Origin: Candidatus Methylacidiphilales bacterium | Lineage (GTDB): Bacteria; Verrucomicrobiota; Verrucomicrobiia; Methylacidiphilales; Verrucolacustridaceae | Reading direction: 5' to 3' | DNA length: 52,742 bases | Assembly (NCBI GenBank): GCA_044351535.1 | Contig: JBILFP010000001.1 | Location: 1 to 52,742, forward strand | Part shown: positions 19,808 to 29,591 of the stretch, one piece after another | Layout: each line of letters opens with the position of its first letter | How positions within the stretch are numbered: the stretch's first letter is position 1 | The notes under the pieces: model-generated | Told to the model about the DNA's origin: nothing | The model's input: only the letters and a program-made list of their open reading frames with translations | The model's database searches: none | Translations under genes and position numbers: made by a program

Positions 19808-20152
19808 ATTCAACTTAAACTAAAACCTTCCGCTCACCTTAACCTTCACGTTCACGAATCCCCCCGCGTAAGCGGATTTCCATCAACTCGCGGAGCGACT
19901 GGATCGGATGGGCGGGGGGAGGTCTGAGGGGGCCAACTCCCCCCAATCCTCAATCCCCAATTCTTTTCGCATAAGCGAATTTCCCGCAATGCCCAAGCTT
20001 ATTTTCGAAATCCGAAATCCGAATTCCGAATTAAAAACCCATCTGCCATCTGCCATCTTCGCAGATTTCCTCATCTTCATCCTAATCCTAATCCTATTCC
20101 TATTCCTCATCAAACCTGTCGCTTTAAACTTTAGGCCCGAGACCTGACAACT
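19808..20152. repeat. Second mosaic array of short tandem-repeat blocks, including copy 2 of the 76-bp element
   Basis: (cttaaa/ttcac)n, element 19859-19936, (ccccaat)n, (aatccga)4, (ccatctg)3, (cctaat/cctcat)7. Confidence 0.9.
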
Positions 20153-20706
20153 TTTGCCGGAACACCGACTGCGATCGAATACGCCGGCAGATCCTTCGTC
20201 ACCACGGAGCCGGCCCCGATCACACATCCGTCCCCGATCGTCACCCCACCGAGGATAACCGCATTCGCCCCGATCCACACGTCCTTGCCGATCCGGGTGG
20301 GAAGAAGGTCGTTTTCCTCCCAGCGGATGTGCCGGTTACTTCCGGGAATCCTGTGGTTCGACGAGAGGATCGTAACTTTCATGGAAATCAAAGCATCGTC
20401 TCCTATCTCCACGCCTCCGTGGCCGTAGATGGTGACGTAGGGGCCGAGGAAAGCGTTCGCCCCCATGCAGATTGATCCGTCAAAGGCCCAGAGGACCGCC
20501 CCTTTCTCGATCCAGCCCTGGTCGCCGATCTGGATCCGTCCTTTGGAACCGGCCGGCCTTAAGGTGTTCCGGTAGCATCCGCCCAGGTTGAAATCCACGC
20601 CCGGTCCGAGTCGCACGCTTTGCCCCAGCTCCGCTCCCTTGCTCCCGGCCAGAAAGCGGCGCCACGCCAGCTTTAGCTTGTACACCTGGTTCAGAAAAAC
20701 GTTCAT
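20131..20706 (-). CDS. Hexapeptide-repeat (LbH) O-acetyltransferase
   Basis: [35 protein letters not shown]...IAVGVPAKV. Confidence 0.9.
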   Translation of the reverse strand: MNVFLNQVYKLKLAWRRFLAGSKGAELGQSVRLGPGVDFNLGGCYRNTLRPAGSKGRIQIGDQGWIEKGAVLWAFDGSICMGANAFLGPYVTIYGHGGVEIGDDALISMKVTILSSNHRIPGSNRHIRWEENDLLPTRIGKDVWIGANAVILGGVTIGDGCVIGAGSVVTKDLPAYSIAVGVPAKVVRSRA

Positions 20707-21827
20707 GCAAGAGATTCTAGAAATATCCTGCCCGGCCTAAGATTCAGTTCTTTTTTTATCTTTTCGTGGGCTTTGCGCCCCATCTCCTGCCATTTCTCCC
20801 TTTGCCGGATGGCTCGCCGCAAGGTCTCGGTTAACGCGTCTGGGGTTGCTTCCGGGCAGATCCAGCCGTTCACGCCTTCCTCCACCCACTCCTCCGCTCC
20901 CCCAAACGGCGTCCGGATCACCGGGCGCCCGAATCCCATCGCCTCCACCATCGCCACCGCCAAGCCCTCAAGACGCGAAGGCAGGAGGAACAGCTCCTTA
21001 TCCTTCCAGAAATCCGCCAAGTTTTCCGTGTAAGGCTCCACCTTGACCTCCGCCTCCACCCCGTGCCGCCGGATTAGTTCCCGGAGCCTCACTTCTCCAT
21101 CCCCCCGTCCGGCGATCGTCAGTTCTGCATTGATTCCTTCCCTTTTCAGCTTTGCGATCCCCTCCACCGCCAGATCCAGGCCTTTGTGGTGGATGTCGAT
21201 TCGATTGACCATCCCGATCCTCGGCACCGGGTTTTTTGGCCAAGGAAGCGACCGCTCGAAGGTAAAACGGACGGGGTATTGAAAAAACCGGCTGTTTGCA
21301 ATCGTTGCCCCGATCTGCTCCTCCCCGGTTTTTTTCGTCCAGCGGGAGTTGAAATACACCATTTTCGCCCCGCTCATCAGTCGCCCCCCTTCTTTCTCAT
21401 CCACCCCCTGGGGATACCCGTTGGGCCGGCCCAGATGACAGATCAGGGAATACCGCCCGCGTCTCGGCTCCAACACCTCCCGGATCTCCCTTTGCAGGGA
21501 ACACCAGGTGGCACCCTGGTTCACGAAGATGTGATCCGGCCGGAACCGGCCGACCGCCTTTCTTAAGGTCCCCGCCCCGGCCATCTCCCGCAATTTCCAG
21601 CGCAGCTCCGGAAGGCGGACGTATCCCGGTCGCTCGTCAGGCAAACGCTCCACCTTCGCCCCCATCCGCTGGAGCCTTGCCACCTCAGGATGATCTAAAT
21701 CAATTGGAGCCACCAGCCACTGCACCTCGTGGCCCGCCCCAAGGAGCTCCTCCACCAGCGCCCCCATGCAGTGCCCCGGTGCTCCCCAAGGGAAAAACCG
21801 GATAGTGGGTAAAAGGGTAATCTTCAA
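20703..21827 (-). CDS. Glycosyltransferase family 4
   Basis: [35 protein letters not shown]. Confidence 0.9.
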   Translation of the reverse strand: MKITLLPTIRFFPWGAPGHCMGALVEELLGAGHEVQWLVAPIDLDHPEVARLQRMGAKVERLPDERPGYVRLPELRWKLREMAGAGTLRKAVGRFRPDHIFVNQGATWCSLQREIREVLEPRRGRYSLICHLGRPNGYPQGVDEKEGGRLMSGAKMVYFNSRWTKKTGEEQIGATIANSRFFQYPVRFTFERSLPWPKNPVPRIGMVNRIDIHHKGLDLAVEGIAKLKREGINAELTIAGRGDGEVRLRELIRRHGVEAEVKVEPYTENLADFWKDKELFLLPSRLEGLAVAMVEAMGFGRPVIRTPFGGAEEWVEEGVNGWICPEATPDALTETLRRAIRQREKWQEMGRKAHEKIKKELNLRPGRIFLESLA

Positions 21828-21832
21828 ACGAT

Positions 21833-22876
21833 TTAGGACGAGCTAAAAAAAGATTTCTTTTTAATTATTTTTTTGATTCTGGTGCGAAAGGCTATTCGTT
21901 TTGTAATCCGGTTCTTGAGTTTTTCGAAGCGGTAGGTAGGTATTGCGAAAAACCACAAAAGAATTTCAAGTAGCTGTCCGGGGAAATATCGTTTCAAAGT
22001 GATGAAGAAAATACGATATGCCTCTCCTATCATCCCATCTACTCCCACACGCTTCGATTCAGAGCGGGCCAGCTTGATTTGAGCCGATCGTATTTGACCC
22101 GAGTATTGCCCTGATAAATGCTGATCCAATAAAGACCACGTCTCCTGATTTTTTCTAATCTTTACGGAGGCTTTCGTGCCCGACCAGACGCCCCCGGAAT
22201 GGACACGGTAAATAGAAAGAATATCCGGACTCATGCGGACAGGCCCCTTCTGGGCCGCAAGCGTCTGCATAATGATATCACCATTCGCCCTTTCACCGGA
22301 AAACACCCAATCAGGAAAATGCATGTCCCGGGTCCGGTAAAAATATGTAGAGGTGTGAATTCCTTGGTCGAAAAGCTCCCGGAGCTCAAAGGCCTCCTTG
22401 TGCTCCCGGGGGCCAAAAAGATACTCAGGCTTCGATCCGAGGGTTTTGGCAAAACCTCCTGCCAGCACAGAACTTGGAAAATTTTTTAAAAGGTCATGTT
22501 GTTTTTGCAGCTTGTTTTTGTCCGTCCAGAAATCGTCACCCTCACATAAAGAGGTATATTCACCCCGCATTCCTTGCAGCAAATCGTACAAAGCCCCCGT
22601 TCCACGGGTAGACCACTGGTTTTCCTTTTGCAGGATCATGCGAAAGAGGTGGGGATACTTTTCCTGATACTGTTTAAGGATCGCCTGCGTCCCGTCCTTG
22701 GAGGCGTCATCATGGACGAAAATTTCTACCGGGAAGGTGGTCTCCTGCATGAGAAACCCCTCAATCGCGTCCCGGATGAACTTTTCATGGTTATAGGTGA
22801 TGCAAAAGATGCTCACCACCGGCGGGGTGCCTTCGGGCCACCTTTGGTCGCGGAGCGGGATGGGCTGTTCGGTCAA
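21833..22876 (-). CDS. Glycosyltransferase family 2
   Basis: VSIFCITYNHEKFIRDAIEGFLMQ, HDDASKDGT, LCEGDDFWTD..KLQKQ. Confidence 0.9.
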   Translation of the reverse strand: MTEQPIPLRDQRWPEGTPPVVSIFCITYNHEKFIRDAIEGFLMQETTFPVEIFVHDDASKDGTQAILKQYQEKYPHLFRMILQKENQWSTRGTGALYDLLQGMRGEYTSLCEGDDFWTDKNKLQKQHDLLKNFPSSVLAGGFAKTLGSKPEYLFGPREHKEAFELRELFDQGIHTSTYFYRTRDMHFPDWVFSGERANGDIIMQTLAAQKGPVRMSPDILSIYRVHSGGVWSGTKASVKIRKNQETWSLLDQHLSGQYSGQIRSAQIKLARSESKRVGVDGMIGEAYRIFFITLKRYFPGQLLEILLWFFAIPTYRFEKLKNRITKRIAFRTRIKKIIKKKSFFSSS

Positions 22877-22884
22877 CGGGCCGT

Positions 22885-24075
22885 CTAAAGGTTTCTCTTT
22901 TTGATTTCTTTCTCGATCTCCGGTCCGTGCTCGACCGCTGACCGGATGATATCCGCCGCCTTCCGGATCACCTCCCCGTCCACCGTCTGGCCGGTGGGCA
23001 GGACCAATATTTTTGCCCCCACCTCCTCCGTCACCGGCAGGGTCAGGTAGGCGTTCGGGAAGAGGGATTTATACGGCTCCATCCGGTGGCATCCGGGCCA
23101 GAAGTACTTCCGGACCAGAAAGTTCTCCGCCCACAGCACCTTGATCAGGCTGTCCCGCGAGATCGCACAGCTCTTGTCCACCTCCGCGATCACGTACTGG
23201 TAGTTAAACCCGCCCTTAGGTCGGTACTCCATCAGCCGGATCCCGGGGATCCCCGCCAGCTCTTTCCGGTAGGCTTCATAGTTACGGCGGTTGATAGCCA
23301 CGATCTCTTCCATCGCCTCCAGGTTGGTCAGGCCCAGCGCCGCACTGAATTCGTCCATCTTCCCGTTGGTCCCCACATGAATCACCTCGTCGTAGGTGCG
23401 GAAACCGAAGTTTTTCATCAACCTCATCTTCGCGGCCAGCTCATCGTCATTTGTCACCACCGCCCCGCCCTCCCCCGCATTGATGAATTTGGTGGCGTGG
23501 AAGCTGAACACCGTGGCCCGCCCCTCCCCGCCGATTGGCCCCTTGGCCGCATCACAACCGAAGGCATGCGACCCGTCGTACATCACCTGCAGGTTCCTTT
23601 TTCGGGCAATCGCCTCGATGGCCTCGGTGTCGCAAGCCTGGCCCCATAGGTGCACGCCTAGGATGCCGGTGGTCTTGGGGGTGATGTGTCGCTCGATCTG
23701 ATCCGGATCCAGGTTGTGGTCGAATGCCCGCACATCAGCGAAGACGGGTTTGATCTCCTGCCACTGCAGGGCGTGGGCCGTGGCGATGAAGGTGAAGGCC
23801 GGCACAATGACCTCCCCCTCCAGCTCCAGGGCCCGGCTGGCAATCTCCAGAGCCACCGTTCCGTTGGAACAGGCGATGGCATGCTTGGTTCTTGCCACCT
23901 GGGCGATCTTTTTTTCAAACTCCTGCACATAGTGCCCAAAGTTGCTTAGCCACCTCCGGTCCAGGATGTCATTCAGGCGGGACATCAGTCGGCTGCGATC
24001 CCCAAGATTAGGACGGCCGACGTGGTATGGATCGGTAAAGGTTTTTTCTGACCCAAAAAGGGCTATTTTGGTCAT
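22885..24075 (-). CDS. DegT/DnrJ/EryC1/StrS PLP-dependent sugar aminotransferase (VioA/DesI-like)
   Basis: NGTVAL, PAFTFIATA, DGSHAFG, FSFHATK (PLP Lys), GEGGAVVT, GTNGKM. Confidence 0.9.
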   Translation of the reverse strand: MTKIALFGSEKTFTDPYHVGRPNLGDRSRLMSRLNDILDRRWLSNFGHYVQEFEKKIAQVARTKHAIACSNGTVALEIASRALELEGEVIVPAFTFIATAHALQWQEIKPVFADVRAFDHNLDPDQIERHITPKTTGILGVHLWGQACDTEAIEAIARKRNLQVMYDGSHAFGCDAAKGPIGGEGRATVFSFHATKFINAGEGGAVVTNDDELAAKMRLMKNFGFRTYDEVIHVGTNGKMDEFSAALGLTNLEAMEEIVAINRRNYEAYRKELAGIPGIRLMEYRPKGGFNYQYVIAEVDKSCAISRDSLIKVLWAENFLVRKYFWPGCHRMEPYKSLFPNAYLTLPVTEEVGAKILVLPTGQTVDGEVIRKAADIIRSAVEHGPEIEKEIKKRNL

Positions 24076-24114
24076 TAACGTTTTGGGGGTTCCAAAGATT
24101 TTTAGCCTATGATT

Positions 24115-25176
24115 CTAGGCGGGGAGAAAATACATTACTGATTTACTCCAACCCTCAGTATAATGCCGTAAATAATTTTTATACTTTTGGTTCCTTTCGA
24201 GAACCATTTTGGGGATCATCCAAAAATCAGATGCACGGTGGTAAACAGCGATGGCCATTTTTGGATGATTTTTTATGATGTGGCGCGTTGCACCGTCAAT
24301 GGCCTTCATCTCCCAGCCCTCAAGATCCATTTTAATAATTGATACCGATTCTTGAATTTCTTTGTCTAAGGTTGTGACTTTAATAACAGATACCCCCGAA
24401 TCAGCTACTGAGCTAGCTGAACCAGAGCCAGACCGGAAACTAAGAGACCCTGCTTTGTCTGAAACTCCTTTTTGAATAAATTGAATATCTCGAAAGCCCT
24501 GAAGACGATTTTTTGCCTTCACCATGTTGGAATCGTCAGGCTCAAACAGCCATACATTCTTATATTCGGGACACCTTAAAATAAATTCCTCTGTTGTATC
24601 GCCATCAAATCCACCACAATCCACGAAACTGTCTCCCCTTATCAATGGCATTTTTGGGTCAAAATATTGCTCTTTTAGACGAACATTGTAATTACCCATA
24701 TGTGCAAAGGGTCCGCTAATTCTAAACTTAATAATATCCTCTAAGGTTTGCACAGACTCTTCGTCGGCCAGTATTCTCCGAAGTTTCTTCCACTCTGCTC
24801 CGTTTTTTTCCTTGTCAGCTTTCATTTCTTTTACGAATGCAGGCAGAAGGTTTTGATCGTTAACAGTTTCACATATTTCGCTAAAAGAAATAAGCACTGC
24901 GTTATCTGCAGCCTCCTTTACCCTCTTAGCTGCCGAAATTGGAGAAATAGAACTAACACAGTTTAGTACTGCTGCCTTAGGTGGAATGGAATCTGCTTTT
25001 ATTAAAGGTATCGCATTCCATTCATCGTTTTCTCTGCTTCTGTCATCGATGATTCCGGCCAATGGAGCGAGCTTGTGCGCTTTGAGTGTCTCTTCGTTTT
25101 TTCCAATTGCGTATCTGAGGCTATCAAATTCCTTCGAAAGTACTTTTAAGACTAACTCCTTTTTTGTTGTTGGCAT
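24115..25176 (-). CDS. FkbM-family methyltransferase (AT-rich)
   Basis: FVDCGGFDGDT, FEPD, IKMDLEGWE..AI.GA, PKMAIAVYH, LRHY. Confidence 0.9.
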   Translation of the reverse strand: MPTTKKELVLKVLSKEFDSLRYAIGKNEETLKAHKLAPLAGIIDDRSRENDEWNAIPLIKADSIPPKAAVLNCVSSISPISAAKRVKEAADNAVLISFSEICETVNDQNLLPAFVKEMKADKEKNGAEWKKLRRILADEESVQTLEDIIKFRISGPFAHMGNYNVRLKEQYFDPKMPLIRGDSFVDCGGFDGDTTEEFILRCPEYKNVWLFEPDDSNMVKAKNRLQGFRDIQFIQKGVSDKAGSLSFRSGSGSASSVADSGVSVIKVTTLDKEIQESVSIIKMDLEGWEMKAIDGATRHIIKNHPKMAIAVYHRASDFWMIPKMVLERNQKYKNYLRHYTEGWSKSVMYFLPA

Positions 25177-25193
25177 TTACTGGAACTGCTTTT

Positions 25194-26327
25194 TTATTTG
25201 TTACCTAAATTAATCCATTTTTTAGATTTGCTGGATGAAACCATCGCTTCTAGGAACTCTAGGCCGCGGACGGCTAATTTCGCACCAAAAACCTCTTTGG
25301 ATTCCTGTTTTCCGGTCTTTTTGAAGTCCGTTAGGGATTGGTGAATATCGCAGTAGAGGTTGGCCAAGGCTTCAATAAAACCTGCAGGGTGGCCCGCCTT
25401 AAACCTTGTGGATCTTGCCAGTGAAGCAATTGGAAGACCCGCTCCCCGGTCTAAAATTTGTCGGCTCCCGTCTTGGCGACAAACGACCAGTTCCTCCGGG
25501 CTTGCCTGGAACCATTCAGCGGATGCCTTGGATCCATAGACACGCAGCCGCAATCCATTTCGATTCCCCATTGCAGACTTGCTAAACCAAATTTGCCCCT
25601 GGACTCCTTTTTCATAGCGGCAAAGGCATGTTACGTTGTCGACGACGCCGAACCAACCGTAACTGGATTGGTCTGCCACCACCTCCTGAGGTTCAAGGCC
25701 GGTTAGGTAGTAAATCAGTTCGTGCAAATGAACCGCAAGGTCGAGGTGAAGCACTGGAACCGGACCATCTTTAAGGCGCCACCCCTGAACCACCGGCTTT
25801 TTCCCAGATTTGTCAGTCCGAAGATAACCCTCTTGGGGCATTTCTGCCTGGAAATGGATGATCTCACCCAGTTCTCCGGCTTCGATCATGCGGCGAAGTT
25901 CCCGCACCATAGGATAACCGGAGTAGTTGTAGATGACTGCCAGAAAGCCTTTTGTAGACGCTTGGATTCTTTCTACTTCTTTTGCCTCATTACTGGTCAG
26001 ACCGAGGGATTTTTCACAAATGACGGCAATGCCCGCTTCCAAGCACCGGATGGTCATCTGGGCGTGCAAGGGAGTGGGAGTAAGAATCGCAACAGCATCG
26101 AGTTTTCCTGCTTCCTTTTCGACTAGTTCCTCAAACGTTCGGTAGATGCGGGACTCTTCGACCCCGTAAAGCTGACCCGTTTGTCGGTTAATATCATCCC
26201 GGGTACTGAAGGCGCCGGCGGCCAAATCCCAGCCATGATCCATCCGGCTAGCGACAAAGTGGGCGTAGCCGACTGCAGAATTCCGGGCTCCACCGACAAA
26301 GCCAAGCTGAAAACGTTTCTTTATCAT
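25194..26327 (-). CDS. Gfo/Idh/MocA oxidoreductase
   Basis: LGFVGGARNSAVGYAH, ILTPTPLH, VICEKSL, NYSGYPMVR, AGHPAGFIEALANLY. Confidence 0.9.
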   Translation of the reverse strand: MIKKRFQLGFVGGARNSAVGYAHFVASRMDHGWDLAAGAFSTRDDINRQTGQLYGVEESRIYRTFEELVEKEAGKLDAVAILTPTPLHAQMTIRCLEAGIAVICEKSLGLTSNEAKEVERIQASTKGFLAVIYNYSGYPMVRELRRMIEAGELGEIIHFQAEMPQEGYLRTDKSGKKPVVQGWRLKDGPVPVLHLDLAVHLHELIYYLTGLEPQEVVADQSSYGWFGVVDNVTCLCRYEKGVQGQIWFSKSAMGNRNGLRLRVYGSKASAEWFQASPEELVVCRQDGSRQILDRGAGLPIASLARSTRFKAGHPAGFIEALANLYCDIHQSLTDFKKTGKQESKEVFGAKLAVRGLEFLEAMVSSSKSKKWINLGNK

Positions 26328-26367
26328 CGATCAATGACTGGCAGAGAGATAACGAGCAAGAGGGTCA

Positions 26368-27516
26368 TCACCGGAAGTCATACAAGGAGCGGCTTCGCAA
26401 GCGTGCATAGAGATCATCCTGCTCTTTTTTGGAATGGCATGCGAGAAACATCAGGGCGGCACGCCCTCGGGTTCCAGCCGGCAGAATCTCCCCGGTCGTA
26501 ACCAAAGGAACCAGTAAACGAAGGTGAACAGCTTCGTGAAATTGAAGCCCGAGAAACTGTGTCTCTTCTTTTGGACAAGCAGTATGCCGTATCACCAGGT
26601 TTGCGGAGGAGATCTGGCCTGCCAGAGCAGCCTTCAACCCGATAAAAGGTGCAGCATAGCTAGCGGCGTAGGGGTAGCCGGTCGAAAGCTCCACAAGAAG
26701 GGAGTACAAGTCGCCAGGACAGCGGCGGGTGATTTCAAGAATCCAATATTTCCCGTCCCGTGCAATGAACTGCGTGTGAACCAAACCGTCCGCCAGACCC
26801 AGATGGCTGGCAAGGTTTTCTACACTGGAGCAGAGCGAGCTCCTCATCGGCCCAGGAAATTCCCATGACAATCTGCTTGTATCGACGGCGAAAGGATCGC
26901 TCACACACTCCTCCTGAACGATAAAGTCCGCTACTACCTTCTTCTGCCGTATAAAAGCCGAGTAGCTGAAAAGCTGCCCCTCCACGAATTCTTCAATGAT
27001 GCACTTACCCGTAGGTGAGGTCTTTTTTGCCTGCTCCACTGCGCGTTGGAACGAAAGAAGATCTGCAGAAGGCAAAATAGTGACTCCTCGCCCGCTGAAG
27101 GAGTCCACCGGCTTTACGATGAGCTTTTCGGCATCCGGCTTTGGGTCTTCAGCAAAAACCCGGGGGACGGAGATTCCAAGGGTTTTTGCAACGATTCTAA
27201 ATTGGTCTTTGGTATGGATGCTTTGGGTGACCGCAACCTGATCGATGCCGGGAAAACGCCCTCCGTTCACATCGGCACAGGCTTGATAAGAGACGTCCGT
27301 GCAACCGGGCACGAGAAAGTCGAACTTGTTCTTTTGAATGAAATCAGCAAGGGCATTTCGGTTTGAATAATCCAGCGTCGTGAATTTCGGACACCTTTTC
27401 GCAAGGGGTTCGGAAGGCTGGGACCCCACCACCCAAACCTCGTTTCCCCCTCGGATCAGAGCGTCATAAATCGGCATGGCCGCACGGTTTGTATCTACCA
27501 GCAAAATCTTTTTCAT
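26368..27516 (-). CDS. ATP-grasp domain protein
   Basis: IVKPVDSFSGRGV, IIEEFVEG, GLVHTQF, ILEITRRCPGD. Confidence 0.8.
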   Translation of the reverse strand: MKKILLVDTNRAAMPIYDALIRGGNEVWVVGSQPSEPLAKRCPKFTTLDYSNRNALADFIQKNKFDFLVPGCTDVSYQACADVNGGRFPGIDQVAVTQSIHTKDQFRIVAKTLGISVPRVFAEDPKPDAEKLIVKPVDSFSGRGVTILPSADLLSFQRAVEQAKKTSPTGKCIIEEFVEGQLFSYSAFIRQKKVVADFIVQEECVSDPFAVDTSRLSWEFPGPMRSSLCSSVENLASHLGLADGLVHTQFIARDGKYWILEITRRCPGDLYSLLVELSTGYPYAASYAAPFIGLKAALAGQISSANLVIRHTACPKEETQFLGLQFHEAVHLRLLVPLVTTGEILPAGTRGRAALMFLACHSKKEQDDLYARLRSRSLYDFR

Positions 27517-27552
27517 CTTATAAACTCTAAGCTAGGTGCCAGGCTTTATTAG

Positions 27553-28881
27553 TTACTGAAGTTTCCATTGCAACGAAGGCCGCACCGGCCCCGGTTCGCG
27601 CCCATGCCAGGAGCCCACTTCTCTTTGGATCAGGTCTTTCACGTCGAAACCAATCACTTCGTCCAGGATAACGCTCGCTCTGGTACCTTCCTCCACCAGC
27701 AGTAGTTTTACCGTGTAGTTCCCCTCATTCAGCAGGTGGGCGGGCACTTGGCAGGTTAGCTTGTGTTTCCCGGTCTTCGGCACCGCCTCCCATCCCGGGG
27801 CCTGGGTGCACCCGGAGGTGAAAGCCGTCACCCCCTGCTCCGCCATGAAATGCAGGGTCACATGAAACCGGGACGGCTTTAGCACCCGCAGCTCCACCTC
27901 GATGTCCACGGGTGTCGCCGTGTCGAACAGCGAAGGATCCTCGCCGTCGCTTCTCCGGGAAACTGCCCGAATCGCCTCAAACACCACCGCCCCGTTGCCC
28001 GGTGCCTGCGTGGGATCCTCCCACCGCTTTTCCGTGGGCGAGGCCGATCCGGCCTGCAGATACTGCCGGATACAGCCGTCCGCATTCCCTTCCCCCGTGA
28101 TTTTCCCCTTTTGCAGCAGGATCGCCCGCGAGCACAGCGAACGCACCGCCGTCATGTTGTGGCTGACGAACAGGACGGTTCGGCCTCCCTTGCCGCTGAC
28201 TTCCTTCATCTTTCCCAGGCACTTTTTTTGGAACTCCGCATCCCCCACCGCCAGTACCTCGTCCACCACCAAGATCTCGGGCTCGAGGTGCGCCGCCACC
28301 GCAAAGGCCAGCCGGACGTACATTCCGCTGCTGTACCTCTTGACCGGCGTGTCCAGGAACCGCTCCACCTCCGCAAAGGCCACGATCTCATCGAACTTCT
28401 TCCGGATCTCCGCCTTCGTCATCCCCAAAATCGCCCCGTTCAGGAAGATATTCTCCCTCCCCGTCAGCTCCGGGTGAAACCCCGTCCCCACCTCCAGCAA
28501 ACTCGCCACCCGCCCCCGCAACGTTACCCTCCCCTCCGTCGGCTCCGTGATGCGGCTCAAAATCTTCAACAGCGTGCTCTTCCCCGCCCCGTTCCGCCCA
28601 ATGATCCCCACCACCTCGCCACGCTTCACTTCGAAGCTCACATCTTTCAGCGCCCAGAATTCTTCCTTTGAGGAAGGAGATAGCAGATGGGAGTTAGGAG
28701 ATAGGGGGTTTTGCCTATCTCCTATCTTCTTTCTCCTATCTCCTGCGAGGAAACCGAAAGGTCTTTTCACCCACTCTTCGAGCCGCTCCGAAAACCTCGC
28801 ATACCCGCGCTCGCCGCCCCCCTGATGGCTCAGGACATACTTCTTCCCCAACCCTTCAACGGAGATGATCGTGTCGCTCAT
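27553..28881 (-). CDS. wzt: Polysaccharide ABC transporter ATP-binding subunit with C-terminal carbohydrate-binding domain
   Basis: FWALKDVSF, GRNGAGKSTLLK, YSSGMYVRLAF, DEVLAVGD and a C-terminal extension. Repeat insert at 28676-28743. Confidence 0.92.
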   Translation of the reverse strand: MSDTIISVEGLGKKYVLSHQGGGERGYARFSERLEEWVKRPFGFLAGDRRKKIGDRQNPLSPNSHLLSPSSKEEFWALKDVSFEVKRGEVVGIIGRNGAGKSTLLKILSRITEPTEGRVTLRGRVASLLEVGTGFHPELTGRENIFLNGAILGMTKAEIRKKFDEIVAFAEVERFLDTPVKRYSSGMYVRLAFAVAAHLEPEILVVDEVLAVGDAEFQKKCLGKMKEVSGKGGRTVLFVSHNMTAVRSLCSRAILLQKGKITGEGNADGCIRQYLQAGSASPTEKRWEDPTQAPGNGAVVFEAIRAVSRRSDGEDPSLFDTATPVDIEVELRVLKPSRFHVTLHFMAEQGVTAFTSGCTQAPGWEAVPKTGKHKLTCQVPAHLLNEGNYTVKLLLVEEGTRASVILDEVIGFDVKDLIQREVGSWHGREPGPVRPSLQWKLQ

Positions 28882-28900
28882 AATTGATCAATCGAACATC

Positions 28901-28953
28901 GGTAGGCCACTTTTGACAAAAGTGGCTGCCACTTCCATCGGAAGTGGCCTACC
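28901..28953. repeat. GTAG double-hairpin REPIN, family B, copy 1
   Basis: ggtaggccacttttgacaaaagtggc-t-gccacttccatcggaagtggcctacc. Confidence 0.9.
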
Positions 28954-28997
28954 TAGCTGCAGCGCGTCCTCTTTCGAGGCCGAGGTGTGGACGTCGC

Positions 28998-29258
28998 TCA
29001 TGCGACCTCCGAGATATCCAGGATCAGCACTCTTTTCACCGCATCATCTACGAAATACATGATCAGAAACTCATCAAACTGCTGCAACCGGACCGGGCAG
29101 CCGTCCGGATCCTGAAACGCCGACAGCGGCTCTTGCTGGGGATGGATGGAAAGGCTTTCAAAGGCGCGAAAAAGGATCTCCTGTTGCCTCTTCTTATGGC
29201 CGAGATACGCGACCGCGGCCTCACCTTTGATCCACCAGGTATAAGAGGAACCGGACAA
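28998..29258 (-). CDS. Putative RelE/ParE-like toxin
   Basis: 86 aa, downstream of a small helical partner. C-terminal FLIMYFVDDAVKRVLILDI resembles the RelE/ParE beta strands. Confidence 0.55.
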   Translation of the reverse strand: MSGSSYTWWIKGEAAVAYLGHKKRQQEILFRAFESLSIHPQQEPLSAFQDPDGCPVRLQQFDEFLIMYFVDDAVKRVLILDISEVA

Positions 29259-29264
29259 ACGAAT

Positions 29265-29465
29265 TTAAGACTTCTTGGCTTGGAGACGAATCAGCTCTTC
29301 CTTGGAAATCAGTCCCCCCTGCCGGGCCTCATGCAGAAGTTTCCCGGCCCGCGCCCGGTATTCCGGGTCCTCCTTCATCCGCAGGGCGGTCAGCTCCCCT
29401 GCCAACCGGAGCCTCTGCTCCCTGGGCATTTCCCGGACCGCCTCCAGAACTTCCGCAAAACTCAT
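29265..29465 (-). CDS. Putative antitoxin (addiction-module-like small helical protein)
   Basis: MSFAEVLEAVREMPREQRLRLA...ISKEEL pattern, two-gene arrangement with its own promoter. Confidence 0.55.
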   Translation of the reverse strand: MSFAEVLEAVREMPREQRLRLAGELTALRMKEDPEYRARAGKLLHEARQGGLISKEELIRLQAKKS

Positions 29466-29499
29466 ATCCTTAATTTATCCACCGCTTGCCTGCCGTCAA
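29466..29499 (-). promoter_or_regulatory. Leaderless promoter of TA module 2
   Basis: TTGACG-16nt-TAAATT-6nt-ATG. Confidence 0.7.
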
Positions 29500-29511
29500 T
29501 TCGACCCCTCG

Positions 29512-29590
29512 GCAGAAGATAGCAGATAGAATATCGGATATAGGGTCATTGTCAGCCTCCCTATCTACTATCTCCTAACTCCTATCTCCT
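29512..29590. repeat. Inverted pair of heptamer blocks (agatag.. / ..ctatctc)
   Basis: gcagaagatagcagatagaatatcggatatagg ... cctatctactatctcctaactcctatctcc. Confidence 0.8.
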
Positions 29591-29591
29591 T

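Noticed and set aside
19883-20278. 131-aa ORF containing RNRNRIRIRMKMRK
   Set aside because: It is translation through the repeat mosaic, overlaps the acetyltransferase and has no domain features
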